Source: Deltaproteobacteria bacterium
GTDB lineage: Bacteria > Desulfobacterota > Dissulfuribacteria > Dissulfuribacterales > QOAL01
DNA length: 64,000 nt
Direction: 5' to 3'
Assembly: GCA_024275145.1 (NCBI GenBank)
Contig: JAJRZR010000067.1
Span: forward strand, 908 to 64,907
The position numbers and the translations under genes are program-made. Every line of letters begins with the position of its first letter. Position 1 is the first letter of the stretch. The notes below the pieces were generated by a model. The model ran no database searches. It saw only the letters and a program-made list of their open reading frames with translations, and was not told the origin of the DNA. This document shows positions 18,198-29,414 of this stretch, piece by piece.

Positions 18198-21100
18198 TTA
18201 CCCAGGCAAGATGGATCTCCCATCAAACACGAATGTATTTAGATCCGGGATCACCTGCCTGAAGATATCCACTGTTTCGGGATGACACGTAAAAAACAAA
18301 ATCTGGTGCTGTCGCGCTACTTCCAGTATGGTCTCTGCCGTGCGCCTGGCCCTCGACGGATCGAAGTTTACCAGGATATCATCCATTATAATCGGAAGCC
18401 TTTCACCGTTTACGATATAGTTGGTCACGTATCCGAATCTCAATGACAGGTATAACTGTTCTGCCGTTCCCCTGCTAAGCTCCTGAGGCCTCTTACGCCT
18501 TGCATTTTCCGATACTACTTCAATGCTATCCCCACCGATAGGGGTCACTATTGTGACATATCTCCCCCCGGTGATTCTCCTGAAAAAACGACTGGCATCC
18601 CTGATAACCTTTGGCTGTTTATCCCTCTCTATTCGCCTTCTGGTCTGTACAATGAGCTCGAGAGCAATGGAATAGCGACACCAATCCCTGGCAAGCCGTC
18701 TTATCTCCTCTTTCAGAGATTCCATCGAGGAGCCCAGGATGGAAATTTCCCTGGAAGAGGCAAGCTCGTTCATGCGGGCCTTAAGATCCGCCCTTTCCTG
18801 AATCAATCGATCGAGATCACCTGTAATCTCATCAAGACCTCTTTCCACATCATCAAGCGCCTCTTCCACTTTCTGTCTGTTGAGCCCCTCTAGGGCCTTC
18901 GTAAATCCCTGGATATCACTATGACCAGTCACCCTAAGGATATTGACCTCAAGGGCCGACCTTTGTCTGTGTATCTCCCGAGCCTCGTTAAAGCGATGTG
19001 CAAGCTTCCTGAATTCTTCCTCGTCTTCAGCCCCTCCTGACAAAAAAAGCACTTCCATCTCCTTGTGCAGGGAGATCCTTTTTTCCTTGAGGTTTTCAAG
19101 TTCCTTTTCACATGCCTCGATCTGCTTGTTCAGGCTGAGCATCCTGGCTCGACCTACCTTGGCCTCTCCAAGTGCCTTGTCCATTTCCTCAAGGATGGCA
19201 GGGACACGATTTCTCCCGGGAAATCTCCTGCCGGTCCTCTCAATAAGCTCTCTGGCATCGTGCAAAAAGGCCATTATAAATTCTTCATCTCTGGAGATCC
19301 TTCGTTCCGTTTCATCGATCCTTTCCTGCTTGATCAGAACATCCTTGAAGATTCCCATGAGATCAAGCGCGGTATCAGGTAACAAGTCCTGTGACAGGCC
19401 CTGCCCCTTGAGCCACTGCCTCCATCTCGAGATGGTTCGTGCTTCCCTGTCCCTTGCCCTTTTTAGACGAGCCCTCGCCTCCTGCACCCTGCTGAACAGG
19501 GCCTGGCGCCTCTGTCTCCTGGCAAGACATTCGGCCTCCAGTTCCTGTCTTTCAAGGATTTCTGACCTGAGCAGGCTTGCCCCTTCAAGAAGTTGCCTAA
19601 CCTTTTCGGGTAATCTTTCCAGGTTACTATCAACGGAGAATGATTGCGCAAAGACCGCGTTTATCAACCCGATATGCTCGCGCAACCCATCCATAAGGGA
19701 CAAAAGGTCCCTTTTGAGTTCATCCCTTTGCCTCAACAGTTCCCGGGCCGACTCCACCCTTGAGAATATGGCCTCCATGGCCCCTGGGGCAAGGCCTTCC
19801 ATCAGCCCGGCCTTGCGCAGCCAGACGTTCCAGCGTTCCTCTACGCGGGCAAGGGCCTTTCTTGCCCCTTCCCTCTTGTTACGAATAGCAACGATCCTTT
19901 GCTCAAACATGTCGTGCTCCCGCTCATGGTCCAAAAGCACCTCTTCCTTGGATTTGATTCTGCCAGCAAGCTCTTGGGCACTTGACACCCGCACCTCTAG
20001 TCCTGCTATTCCCTCAGGGGTCAAGGGAAGTGCCGCTTCGATCCTGGTCGCCAGGTCCACGATGGCACCTTCAACGCGGTCCCTCTGCCCCTGGTTTTTC
20101 TTGATCTCCTCCTGTAAGGAGGATATCTCTGTCCTTATCTCCTCCATGGAACCTCTGACCTCATGGGCCTTTTCCAACTCCCTTTTGCCGATATGGAAAA
20201 AGCCCCACGCCACAAGGGCCGCCACCAGCCCTGAAAACGCCTCCGTCCTCAGATCGGGCAGGAAACAGATGGCAGCAACGGCCAGCAAAAACAAAAACAT
20301 GGAGGTCAACCCACCCCATTTAAAAAATGGCGCCAGATTCCGTGCAAGGACCATTGAAAGTGCATCCGCCTCCCTTTGCCTGCCCATAATTCTATCTTCA
20401 AGGAACGCCCTTTCCCTTGAAAGGCCGGAAAGCTCTTCGTTGAGGGCCTTGAGCCTGGAAACCGTCTCCTTGAATTCTTCGACCGATCTGCATTTCCCAG
20501 GAAGGCCTATCCTGGCTTCCAATAAAGCAATTTCCTCTTTTAGGGTCCCTATGGCAGTCTTGATCCTATCATCCGTGGTCACCGCATCATCAAGCTCACG
20601 GGTGAGGGCGGTCAATGCCTCCCTTTTTTCATCGAGTTCACGGGAAAATCTATCGGCTACCTGCCTTGCCGAAAGGGAACTATCGAATGATCTCAGGGAA
20701 TTTTCGTCCCAGTCTTCGTTAATTTCCCTCAAGGACTCAAGAAGCCTCGACTGGACGTCATCCAGTATCTTTCGCCTCTCGGGAATCTTTCTGACCAGGA
20801 ACTCCAGGTGCTCTCTGCCGGCCTCGACTTGATCAATACGGGTGAGATCCCATTGCGAATCCACAGGAGACGATCGGACAAGCCTTGCCAGGATCTCTTT
20901 TTCTTCGACACGGGCCTGCTTGTACATGGCACGCATCTCATCCAGCCGATTCCCGGAATTGGACACGGCCAACCTCTCATCATCCAGACGTCTTTTCATC
21001 TGCATGATGGTATCACGTGTAAGTATCGACCGGTCCAGGCGGCTTACCCTTTCTACGGTCCAATCAGGACCGATCATGTGAAGAAGCGCCTTCATTTCAC

Positions 21101-22151
21101 CCTTCAGGCCATGGAGTTTGCTCTTCAATTCAGGAAGCTCCCCTTCTACCTGCCTGAATTCTGCAAGACGGTAGATCAACGCCTTTAAGGGCGATTCCAA
21201 CCCGATGAGATCCTGATCTATGACTATGTTTTCAACCTCCCCCTTCAAGGCCTCCAGATTGAGCAAGAGCCTTGCCTCCTGGTCCTTGACCCCCGAAAGT
21301 CTCTGTTCGAGCACCTCGAGCCTGTGGATCGCATCTTCAGGGAACTCCTTTGGAACCGGGGCCATCTCCTTGAGCCTTGCCTCCAGACCTCTTATTTTCT
21401 TGAAATCCTCCCATATCTCCATGTATGAACGGAACGTTGCCCGCTTGGTCCTTAGCAAGTCCTGCCTTTTTTTGAAGTCCCTGATCTTTCGATCCAGTTC
21501 CTGCTGTTTCGAAAAGAGCCTTTCAAATAGATCGAATGCATCCCTTGCCGTTTTGAGTTTTTTCCTGAGGGATTCAAACTCGGAAAGTTTACGGTTCAAG
21601 GCGGCCACCCTTCCCCTTGGCCTGAATATGCCTTGGCGGGAACCGACAAGATCCTTCTCCACCCTTGGAAGCCTCATGAGTGATGCCCCTAGGCTGGCCC
21701 CATAAATGGCCCCCTTGACCGCATCGTTGTTCAGGCTTTCAAAGCCTTGAAGCTCACTGAGGCTGAAGGCAAATATACTCCTGAAAAGCTCCTTCGATGT
21801 ACTACCTAGAAGTGACTGTAGCTCGACCGCCCCACCCCTTCTCCCATCAGGAAGGTAAACGGTTATCCGCCCTCCCCTGGGGCCCTTCTTGCGTTCGATT
21901 TCGACGGTCCCTAGACCTTCGAACCTGAGGGTAAGGCGTCCGCCAGGATTACCCCCTGCCAGTGGTGGATAGGACAGTTCCTTGGTTCGCTGATCAGGGA
22001 ACCCAAACAACATCTGGATGATAAAGGCCACCAGGGTTGACTTTCCTGCCTCGTTATGCCCCAAAAAGACCGTCAGTCCTCCAGGAAGCTGTCCTATCTT
22101 GAGGTCGTGAAAAAGGCCAAAACCATCTATGTGAAGGCCTGAAATCCTCAT
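18198..22151 (-). CDS. YhaN-like SMC/Rad50-type ATPase with long coiled coils and a central TM hairpin
   Basis: Walker A GHNEAGKST; C-terminal LSRGTAEQLYLSLRF, MDDILVNFD, FTCH; central hydrophobic pair. Confidence 0.9.
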   Translation of the reverse strand: MRISGLHIDGFGLFHDLKIGQLPGGLTVFLGHNEAGKSTLVAFIIQMLFGFPDQRTKELSYPPLAGGNPGGRLTLRFEGLGTVEIERKKGPRGGRITVYLPDGRRGGAVELQSLLGSTSKELFRSIFAFSLSELQGFESLNNDAVKGAIYGASLGASLMRLPRVEKDLVGSRQGIFRPRGRVAALNRKLSEFESLRKKLKTARDAFDLFERLFSKQQELDRKIRDFKKRQDLLRTKRATFRSYMEIWEDFKKIRGLEARLKEMAPVPKEFPEDAIHRLEVLEQRLSGVKDQEARLLLNLEALKGEVENIVIDQDLIGLESPLKALIYRLAEFRQVEGELPELKSKLHGLKGEMKALLHMIGPDWTVERVSRLDRSILTRDTIMQMKRRLDDERLAVSNSGNRLDEMRAMYKQARVEEKEILARLVRSSPVDSQWDLTRIDQVEAGREHLEFLVRKIPERRKILDDVQSRLLESLREINEDWDENSLRSFDSSLSARQVADRFSRELDEKREALTALTRELDDAVTTDDRIKTAIGTLKEEIALLEARIGLPGKCRSVEEFKETVSRLKALNEELSGLSRERAFLEDRIMGRQREADALSMVLARNLAPFFKWGGLTSMFLFLLAVAAICFLPDLRTEAFSGLVAALVAWGFFHIGKRELEKAHEVRGSMEEIRTEISSLQEEIKKNQGQRDRVEGAIVDLATRIEAALPLTPEGIAGLEVRVSSAQELAGRIKSKEEVLLDHEREHDMFEQRIVAIRNKREGARKALARVEERWNVWLRKAGLMEGLAPGAMEAIFSRVESARELLRQRDELKRDLLSLMDGLREHIGLINAVFAQSFSVDSNLERLPEKVRQLLEGASLLRSEILERQELEAECLARRQRRQALFSRVQEARARLKRARDREARTISRWRQWLKGQGLSQDLLPDTALDLMGIFKDVLIKQERIDETERRISRDEEFIMAFLHDARELIERTGRRFPGRNRVPAILEEMDKALGEAKVGRARMLSLNKQIEACEKELENLKEKRISLHKEMEVLFLSGGAEDEEEFRKLAHRFNEAREIHRQRSALEVNILRVTGHSDIQGFTKALEGLNRQKVEEALDDVERGLDEITGDLDRLIQERADLKARMNELASSREISILGSSMESLKEEIRRLARDWCRYSIALELIVQTRRRIERDKQPKVIRDASRFFRRITGGRYVTIVTPIGGDSIEVVSENARRKRPQELSRGTAEQLYLSLRFGYVTNYIVNGERLPIIMDDILVNFDPSRARRTAETILEVARQHQILFFTCHPETVDIFRQVIPDLNTFVFDGRSILPG

Positions 22152-22237
22152 CTTCTACTGCGCGTTTTTTTTGATTGAAATCATGATTGGACCGAATAAT
22201 CGTGTCGAAGAGGATGTAGTTGACATATATAGCCGAT

Positions 22238-23494
22238 TTACGAATCCAGCATATCGACCAACATAAGTTTTGCCTCCTCAAGCAGGGTCAGTAATTCCCC
22301 CTCGTCCAAGGGGCCTACGGCCTTCAGGATCCTCCGATTACTGAAAAGTTCCTGCACTGCCTTTGTCAGGGGATGGCCTTCCCCCCTGCCATCGGTTTTC
22401 CATTCATGGGCTATTTGAAGGAGCTGGCCTACGAAATCGTCGCTTTTCATCCTGGCAACGAGGTCGAGCTCTGGAAGGCATCTGGACTCCAGTGTTTGCA
22501 ACCATAGCGGTGGCTCGGCATCATCGAAGCCCTCCCTTATACCGGCTTCGAGTCCCTCCAGTGTCCCTGCCCTGTTGAGTTCGTTGAACAAGAAACTTCT
22601 GCCTGTCATAAAAAACCTGGCCACGATGCCCTGTCCAGGTGCATTGTCCCTTAGGTCCTGAATCCTCTGAACGACTGCCCCTTCCAGGCCGTCCATGGTA
22701 GAGATATCCGAGATATCCAGTTCCTCTGAAAACCAGCGGATACCACACAATTCGTGGAAATCCATGCCATCTACATGTCCATCCGTGACCCGGACCAAGT
22801 AACATCCCCTTGGTCCTTGTTCCCGGAATGTACGTCCCTGAATATTGCCCGGGTATACCACATAAGGGCGTTCCGAGAGGATTTGTCTCGTATGGACATG
22901 ACCAAGAGCCCAGTAATCGATCCGGGATGAGAGGAGATCCCTCAAGTTACATGGGGCATACGGTTCATGACCAGTATGTGAACCCACGTTGCAGTGCAAC
23001 AGGCCAATGTTGAAGGATCTATCACCGGGTGGATTGAACATCTTGGCAAGGTTTCTTTTTTCCTGACGGTGGGGAAAGCTCATACCGGTGATTGTGGCCA
23101 ATGGTCCGCCAGGACCGGAAAAGACCACGGTCTCAGGGGCCTTGCTTGAGAAGAAATAAACATTTTCAGGCCATGTTATGGCACTCAATCCGGTATCTGC
23201 AGGATCATGGTTACCATGAACGACATAGGCCTTTATCCCTTGTTCCTTCAGACGGGCCATGCCTTCCCTGAAGGCCAATTGTGCCCGTATACTTCTGTCG
23301 AGGCTGTCATATATATCACCGGCCACCAATATAAAATCGACTTCATTGTCCAGGGCAAGCCTTATGAGGGCATCGAATGCATCGAAGGTTGCCTGCCTGA
23401 GGGTGTCGGCAAGCCCGGGAGAGTCTATTACCAGTCCCTTGAACGGACTATCAAGGTGAAGATCGGCAGCGTGTATAAAGGAAAAAGAAGACAT
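22238..23494 (-). CDS. YhaO-like Mre11/SbcD DNA repair exonuclease
   Basis: HAADLHLDSPF, AGDIYD, GNHD, YWALGHVH, YPGNIQGR. Confidence 0.92.
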   Translation of the reverse strand: MSSFSFIHAADLHLDSPFKGLVIDSPGLADTLRQATFDAFDALIRLALDNEVDFILVAGDIYDSLDRSIRAQLAFREGMARLKEQGIKAYVVHGNHDPADTGLSAITWPENVYFFSSKAPETVVFSGPGGPLATITGMSFPHRQEKRNLAKMFNPPGDRSFNIGLLHCNVGSHTGHEPYAPCNLRDLLSSRIDYWALGHVHTRQILSERPYVVYPGNIQGRTFREQGPRGCYLVRVTDGHVDGMDFHELCGIRWFSEELDISDISTMDGLEGAVVQRIQDLRDNAPGQGIVARFFMTGRSFLFNELNRAGTLEGLEAGIREGFDDAEPPLWLQTLESRCLPELDLVARMKSDDFVGQLLQIAHEWKTDGRGEGHPLTKAVQELFSNRRILKAVGPLDEGELLTLLEEAKLMLVDMLDS

Positions 23495-23981
23495 ATCTAC
23501 AGGCTCAAATTTTTACCTGGATCATGTGTATGCGGTCATAGGAAACGCATCTACTGCAGGGCAGTAGACCCCTTACCCCTGGGACCTGTATTTCTGACAA
23601 ATGTGTAGCAGATCCGTACTTGCATTTTTTCAACCCTGGAACCTATAATACAATATCTTTTGGGAATTATAATGACGCCATTTAAAACTAGGTATAGAAC
23701 AACATAGACAAACTTGAACAAGTGGTAGAAGGTAACTCCTTCCCTACAAAATATAATTTTTTACAGAAACCATGTAATCATTTTCATCCACAGGGATGGC
23801 ATGGATCCACATCATGAACCTCCGGGTCGGGAAGCAGATTTACCAAACCAATCAAAAGCACGCCATCATTTAGACCGTCATTTTCCTCTTCCAGAAGGGC
23901 CACATGGCTGTCTACTGGTAGGTCTTGCGACCGGTAACCACGCGTGAGGCCACTGAGGAATACACACGAAGGAGATGCAAT

Positions 23982-25802
23982 ATGGGTAGGTTGCTCAGAA
24001 TTATCACGGTGCTTGTGGCTGTCATAATCGTAGTTATCGTTGGCCTTGCCACCTTCATCCATTTTTACCTCACGGAAGACCGGCTCAAGGCACTCATCAT
24101 CCCCCCTGCAGAAAGAACTCTTGGCCGCAAGATAGACGTTGGAAACATCAAAGCAGGTTTGTTTAGTGGCATTGTAGTGAGGGATGTAATCATAAAGGAG
24201 GCGGACGGCAAGGCAGATTTCGCACGCCTTAGGACCTTTGTATTAAGATATAGCCTTCTGCCCCTTCTCCACAAGAACCTGGAGGTAAATACAATCGTAA
24301 TCGATTCCCCCTTTGTGCGGCTGATCCGGGAAAAGGATGGACATTTCAACTATGAGACCCTGAAATTTCTTTCCAGGTCTCCACGGCCTGGGACCAGGGT
24401 ACAAAGGCCCGCAAGGCCCTCTAGTCCGCCGGCTGCCGAGGCACTCCCATTGTTCCTCACCGTAGACAGGATCCACGTCAAGGATGCCAAGGTCGAACTA
24501 CTCGACAAGAGCGGGGAAATACCCAAAACCGAGGCCAAGGCCGACATGAAGCTGTCATTGAAGATTGGACGGGATATTTCATCGATGAAATATGACGGCG
24601 AACTCATATTCTCAGTCACATCGAAATATGGCAACTTGAACCCATTGATCTCAGGAAACAGCAAATTTAATCAACAGGTAGTGGATTTTTCCGTAGACCT
24701 ATTGACCGATGGACAACGGGTAAGCCTGACGGGACAGGCACGCAACTATCTGAAGGCGCCAAACATAAAGCTGGATATAACCAGTGACGAAATAGACCTC
24801 GACAGGCTATTAGCAACAGCCGCAAGCCTTCCCAGCGCCAAAGGGAAAAAGACAGTTGCCAGGTCAACGCAGGGCAGGGAGGGATCAACATCGACGGATA
24901 CAGGAATGGCAAACCCGATCCAGGTCAACGGCAATCTTGCTTTTAGAAAGATACTGTATTCCGGGATCGAAATAAAGAATCTCAAGGGCACTTACCAGTT
25001 CAAGGATCAACGGCTCGTCATCAGAGACATCTCAACCCAGGTTGCTGACGGCACTATCAACAGCACGCTTACAATCGACCTCAACAAAGCCGAACCAGGC
25101 TATCAGGGAAACCTGCTCATCAAAGGGGTCAACCTTGGGAAAATCGTCTCGGACCTTTCCACTACCAGAAGGCTCGGAAGAATATCGGCCATTGCCGGGC
25201 TGAATCTGACCTTTTCCGGTGCGGGTTCAACCTGGCCGGTCATGCGCGAGACCTTGTCCGCCATAGGCAACTATCACTTGAAGGATGTCGAAATAGGAGA
25301 AACCCCTATCACAAGGGCTATTTCGCTTCTTCTTGGCCTGAAAGAGCTTGGCATCCTCCGGTTTGACACAATAGATGGAAACCTGAAAATCCACCGGGGA
25401 GACGTGCTTGTCAAGGCCAAAATGAGCGGAAACGACGTCTCCGCCAGCGCGGACGGGAAGGTAGGACTTGATGGCAGACTCGACATGCCCTTGACCATAA
25501 CGCTTGGCCCCAAACTCACCAAAAAGTTGAAATCAAGGGCATCGATCACAAGGTACCTGATGACTGAAAACGGGCAGGCCGTCGTCTCGTTGAGACTGGC
25601 AGGGACTATTTCCAAACCGGCCCCACGACTGAACACGGCAGCGATCAAGGAAAAGGCAGAAAAGGAGATAAGGCAAAGGGCCTTCCAGGCTTTGGAGAAG
25701 GTGCTCGATAAAAAATCCAGCCAAAAGGGCCAATCCAGCAATGATACTGGCAACGAGCGTATGCCAGCGGGAAAACTCCTGAAGGGATTATTTGGTCGAT
25801 AG
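23982..25802 (+). CDS. AsmA family protein
   Basis: AGGAG RBS before ATG 23982; N-terminal anchor followed by a beta-rich AsmA-like body (LGRKIDVGNI, DGHFNY). Confidence 0.85.
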   Translation: MGRLLRIITVLVAVIIVVIVGLATFIHFYLTEDRLKALIIPPAERTLGRKIDVGNIKAGLFSGIVVRDVIIKEADGKADFARLRTFVLRYSLLPLLHKNLEVNTIVIDSPFVRLIREKDGHFNYETLKFLSRSPRPGTRVQRPARPSSPPAAEALPLFLTVDRIHVKDAKVELLDKSGEIPKTEAKADMKLSLKIGRDISSMKYDGELIFSVTSKYGNLNPLISGNSKFNQQVVDFSVDLLTDGQRVSLTGQARNYLKAPNIKLDITSDEIDLDRLLATAASLPSAKGKKTVARSTQGREGSTSTDTGMANPIQVNGNLAFRKILYSGIEIKNLKGTYQFKDQRLVIRDISTQVADGTINSTLTIDLNKAEPGYQGNLLIKGVNLGKIVSDLSTTRRLGRISAIAGLNLTFSGAGSTWPVMRETLSAIGNYHLKDVEIGETPITRAISLLLGLKELGILRFDTIDGNLKIHRGDVLVKAKMSGNDVSASADGKVGLDGRLDMPLTITLGPKLTKKLKSRASITRYLMTENGQAVVSLRLAGTISKPAPRLNTAAIKEKAEKEIRQRAFQALEKVLDKKSSQKGQSSNDTGNERMPAGKLLKGLFGR

Positions 25803-25870
25803 ACCTATAGCTTACTATTGCAAGTTTCGATCACTGCCCTTGCCCACTATAGCCACCTTTTCTTGTTGTC

Positions 25871-27343
25871 ATGGGGAGCGATGCCATAAAAAGAATCTGG
25901 AAAAACATCTATGAATGGACCTGGAGAACCACCCCGCCACAAGGGGAAAAAGGGCTGGGGAACCTTCTGCGCATAATAAGCAGGCTCTTGTTCATCCTGG
26001 CAAGGGAATTCGAAAAAGATGCCATAACCCTGCGAGCCAGTGCCCTTACCTACACCATCGTACTGTCATTGGTACCTGTCCTGGCCCTGGGGACCGCGGT
26101 CCTCAAAGGGCTTGGGGCCGGCGACCAGATGAAAGAGGCGGTTTACCGGTTCATAGACCAGTTTGAAACTGGACAGGGTCCCGCGGGGACAGGCATGGGC
26201 CTGCCGCCTCTATCGAGACACGGGTCGTCCGAGTCAAATGCCACGACCCCCTCTTTCACCTTCCCTGGAAATGCGACCGCCCAGGCAGGGCTCTCAATGC
26301 ACCTACGCACCGCTGTAGATAAAATATTTGATTACGTGGATCGTACCAACTTCGCCACCCTTGGTGTACTGGGTATCCTGGGGGTGGTGTTCACTGTAAT
26401 CTCCCTCTTAAGTAATATCGAACACGCCATGAACGTGATATGGCAAACCAGGAAGGGGCGTTCCATTGGACGAAAGATAATGGACTACCTGGCCCTCATG
26501 ATCCTTCTGCCCCTTTCTGTAAATGTGGGTCTTGGGGCAATGGCAGCACTCCAAAGCCCTTCCCTGCTCATGCATCTGGAGAACTGGTTCCACATGGCTT
26601 GGCTTGGCCCTTTACTTCTCCAGATGTTTCCCGCTGCCTTGGTCGTAACCACCTTCGTACTTCTTTATCGCTTCCTGCCAAACACGAAGGTCAACCTGAT
26701 ACCTGCACTGGTTGGGGGTATATTTGGCGGCATACTATGGATACTGGTCCAGGCACTCTACATAAAATTACAGATTGGAGTGGCCCGTTACAATGCCATT
26801 TACGGTTCCTTTGCCACGGTTCCCCTGTTCCTTGTCTGGATCTATACCGGGTGGCTGGTCTTTTTGAGTGGCGCAGAACTTTCCTACGCTGTCCAGGTAT
26901 GGCGGAGATATTTCCCAGGACAAGAACAGACATATCAGCTCTATTGTCTCCGGCTTGCCTACGATATCCTTATTGAAATATTCAAAGACTTCCATAAGGG
27001 CAAGACAACGGACTACGATACCCTCGTTCAGCGCCTTGCCAGCAGCGACATGGAGATCCGAAAGGTTGCCGATAGATTGAAAAAGGCCGCCCTCGTAAGA
27101 GAAATCACGGAGGATGGATCCTTGCAGCTATTGCCAACAAGGCCACCAGAGACGATAAGGCCTGACAAGGTATTTGACTCCATCTGTGGAAGAACTGTAC
27201 AGGGAACACAGGGTGGCAAACTTGCCAGGATGGCGGCGGATGCGGCCAGAAGGGCACTGGGGAAGGAAACCTTGGCCGGGATATTTCGGATTGCAGAAGT
27301 GGAGCTTGCACCTGAAGAAAAAGGGAGCAAGGATGGACCGTGA
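25871..27343 (+). CDS. YihY/BrkB family membrane protein with C-terminal winged-helix-like extension
   Basis: RASALTYTIVLSLVP, IEHAMNVIW, LYRFLPN, YNAIYGSFA, GAELSY. Confidence 0.9.
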   Translation: MGSDAIKRIWKNIYEWTWRTTPPQGEKGLGNLLRIISRLLFILAREFEKDAITLRASALTYTIVLSLVPVLALGTAVLKGLGAGDQMKEAVYRFIDQFETGQGPAGTGMGLPPLSRHGSSESNATTPSFTFPGNATAQAGLSMHLRTAVDKIFDYVDRTNFATLGVLGILGVVFTVISLLSNIEHAMNVIWQTRKGRSIGRKIMDYLALMILLPLSVNVGLGAMAALQSPSLLMHLENWFHMAWLGPLLLQMFPAALVVTTFVLLYRFLPNTKVNLIPALVGGIFGGILWILVQALYIKLQIGVARYNAIYGSFATVPLFLVWIYTGWLVFLSGAELSYAVQVWRRYFPGQEQTYQLYCLRLAYDILIEIFKDFHKGKTTDYDTLVQRLASSDMEIRKVADRLKKAALVREITEDGSLQLLPTRPPETIRPDKVFDSICGRTVQGTQGGKLARMAADAARRALGKETLAGIFRIAEVELAPEEKGSKDGP

Positions 27344-28619
27344 AAGGCCAGAAAGGCTGGGGCTGAAGGAATTGGTGGCCATGGGTATAGGGGGCATGGT
27401 TGGCGGTGGGATCTTCTCGGTTCTTGGACTTTCGGTGGGCCTTGCAGGCCACAGTGCCCCGATGGCCTTTGCCATAGGAGGGGTGATCGCGCTGCTCACC
27501 GGCCTGTCTTATGCCAGGCTTGGCCTGACCTTTCGTTCGGACGGAGGAAGTTTTACATATCTCGAGTATGCCTTCAGGCAAAAAAATATCGCGGGCCTGG
27601 GGGGCTGGTTGTTGCTCGCCGGCTATCTTGGTACCCTGGCACTGTATGCCTTCACCTTCGGGGTCTACGGAAGCGCCATGCTGGGGGCCCCTGCCCACGG
27701 ATCACCCGTAGATCATATCCTTGAAAGCGGGATACTAGTGCTCTTTCTTTCGATAAATCTCTACGGTGTAAGGGCTGCAGGGCATACAGAAGACGTAATC
27801 GTCATGGTTAAGGTGATAATACTTTCCCTCTTTGCCACATCCGGCCTTTTTTTCATCAGGCCAGACCTGCTCTTGCCTGTCTTCGACAAGGGAGCCGCAG
27901 GCCTATTCATGGGAGCAGCATTGATATTCGTTGCCTACGAGGGCTTTGAGCTAATACCCAATGCGGTAAAGGAAACCTCGAACCCTGAAAGGAATCTCCC
28001 CAAGGGCATCCTCATATCTATACTAGTTACTACAATGATCTATATCCTGGTTTCCCTTGTTGCCGTAGGGAACCTGGCACCAGAGGAGATAAACAGATAC
28101 AAGGAATACGCCTTGGCAGCCGCGGCAAGGCCCTTCCTGGGCCATGCCGGATTTCTGCTGATAGGACTTGGAGCGCTTCTATCCACGGCATCCGCCATCA
28201 ACGCCACTATGTTCGGGACTGCACGGCTTGGCAAGGTCATGGCCCAGGAGGAGGAATTGCCAAAGGTCTTCTCCCACCGAGAACGCACACGCGACATTCC
28301 ATGGGTAAGTCTTTGTATAATCACAGTGGTAACCCTTGTCTTTGTCAACCTGGGTAACCTTACCATGATATCCTCCTTTTCCAGTGCGACGTTCCTCTTG
28401 ATCTTCGCCAGTATCAATCTTGCGGCATTAAGGCTAAGGGGAAAAATCGGCATCCCGTGGCAGGCACCGCTGGCAGGCCTTATATTCAGCCTAGCTTCAT
28501 GGTTAGTGCTCGCTGTCTACCTGTGGCAGCACAACCGGCACAGCCTTTTTTCCATTGCCTTTTCCTATGGGGTAATCGGGGTGGCAGAATTCCTTTTCAG
28601 CAAGAGAAGGCTGTTCTAG
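27333..28619 (+). CDS. APC family amino-acid permease
   Basis: GGMVGGGIF, FVAYEGFE, STASAINA; about 12 TM segments. ATG 27333 follows GGGAG. Confidence 0.92.
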   Translation: MDRERPERLGLKELVAMGIGGMVGGGIFSVLGLSVGLAGHSAPMAFAIGGVIALLTGLSYARLGLTFRSDGGSFTYLEYAFRQKNIAGLGGWLLLAGYLGTLALYAFTFGVYGSAMLGAPAHGSPVDHILESGILVLFLSINLYGVRAAGHTEDVIVMVKVIILSLFATSGLFFIRPDLLLPVFDKGAAGLFMGAALIFVAYEGFELIPNAVKETSNPERNLPKGILISILVTTMIYILVSLVAVGNLAPEEINRYKEYALAAAARPFLGHAGFLLIGLGALLSTASAINATMFGTARLGKVMAQEEELPKVFSHRERTRDIPWVSLCIITVVTLVFVNLGNLTMISSFSSATFLLIFASINLAALRLRGKIGIPWQAPLAGLIFSLASWLVLAVYLWQHNRHSLFSIAFSYGVIGVAEFLFSKRRLF

Positions 28620-28760
28620 ACTTCCATACACCCGCACCTCGCCCATCCCGGCACCCGGAGATACCAGCCCATGAACAAAAATCCTGCCTTTGTAACAAAA
28701 GGGGCTCAACCACCCCTGGGGCAGATAAAAAAACGCCTGACTCGACACATGCCCTTGGCC

Positions 28761-28973
28761 CTATTCGTTATGATACTTGAATGAAAGGCTTACCCTGGCC
28801 CTATAGGCCACCACCTTTCCCTCCTCGAGCTTCATATCGAGCTTGGTGATCTCGGCGACCCTCAGGTCCTTCAAGGTCTTGCTGGCCGTCTCTACCGCGT
28901 TCTTGGCTGCATCTTCCCAGGATTCCGTACTGGTTCCTACGAGTTCAATAAACTTGTACACGCTGCTGGACAT
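28761..28973 (-). CDS. Dodecin family flavin-binding protein
   Basis: VYKFIELVGTSTESWEDAA...YRARVSLSFK (70 aa); AGGAGAGG RBS. Confidence 0.92.
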   Translation of the reverse strand: MSSSVYKFIELVGTSTESWEDAAKNAVETASKTLKDLRVAEITKLDMKLEEGKVVAYRARVSLSFKYHNE

Positions 28974-29242
28974 AATACCTCTCCTTAGTTGGTTGTGCCC
29001 GCCCTCTGGCAACATATGGGCTAGGCTCGACAATAAAATGATCTTCTTATAGAAGATGGTTATTCGTCCCAGGCAGGTCAAGAAACCCTGGAGTTTCATG
29101 ACACATATAGGCAATTACGCGGCAGACCATAATTCGCAGGCCTGCACGGCATACCTTGACATACTGAACCTGCTGCAAGTAGACTTTTTTACAAGGGTAT
29201 ATAATTAAAACCTTCATGCGGCCCATACCGTTGGGGCCGCAT

Positions 29243-29281
29243 CCCAAGGGCAGGGTATATTTTCACGGTAAATTTTCATGC
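29243..29281 (-). repeat. Hairpin repeat family copy (5' half)
   Basis: Minus strand reads GCATGAAAATTTACCGTGAAAATATACCCTGCCCTTGGG; the 3' arm has diverged. Confidence 0.55.
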
Positions 29282-29414
29282 AACCCGCACACCTGCTCCT
29301 CACGTGAAGGCACGATGCCCTGGAAGGGATATATTCTCACGGCAATTCCAGGTGCAAGGTGGGTGTCTTCAACACGGCACCTAGACAGCCTCGAAATGGA
29401 TGGAGGGAAAACCC

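Noticed and set aside
18943-20832. 629-aa plus-strand ORF
   Set aside because: Antisense shadow of the coiled-coil ATPase; Ser/Leu-rich with no motifs.
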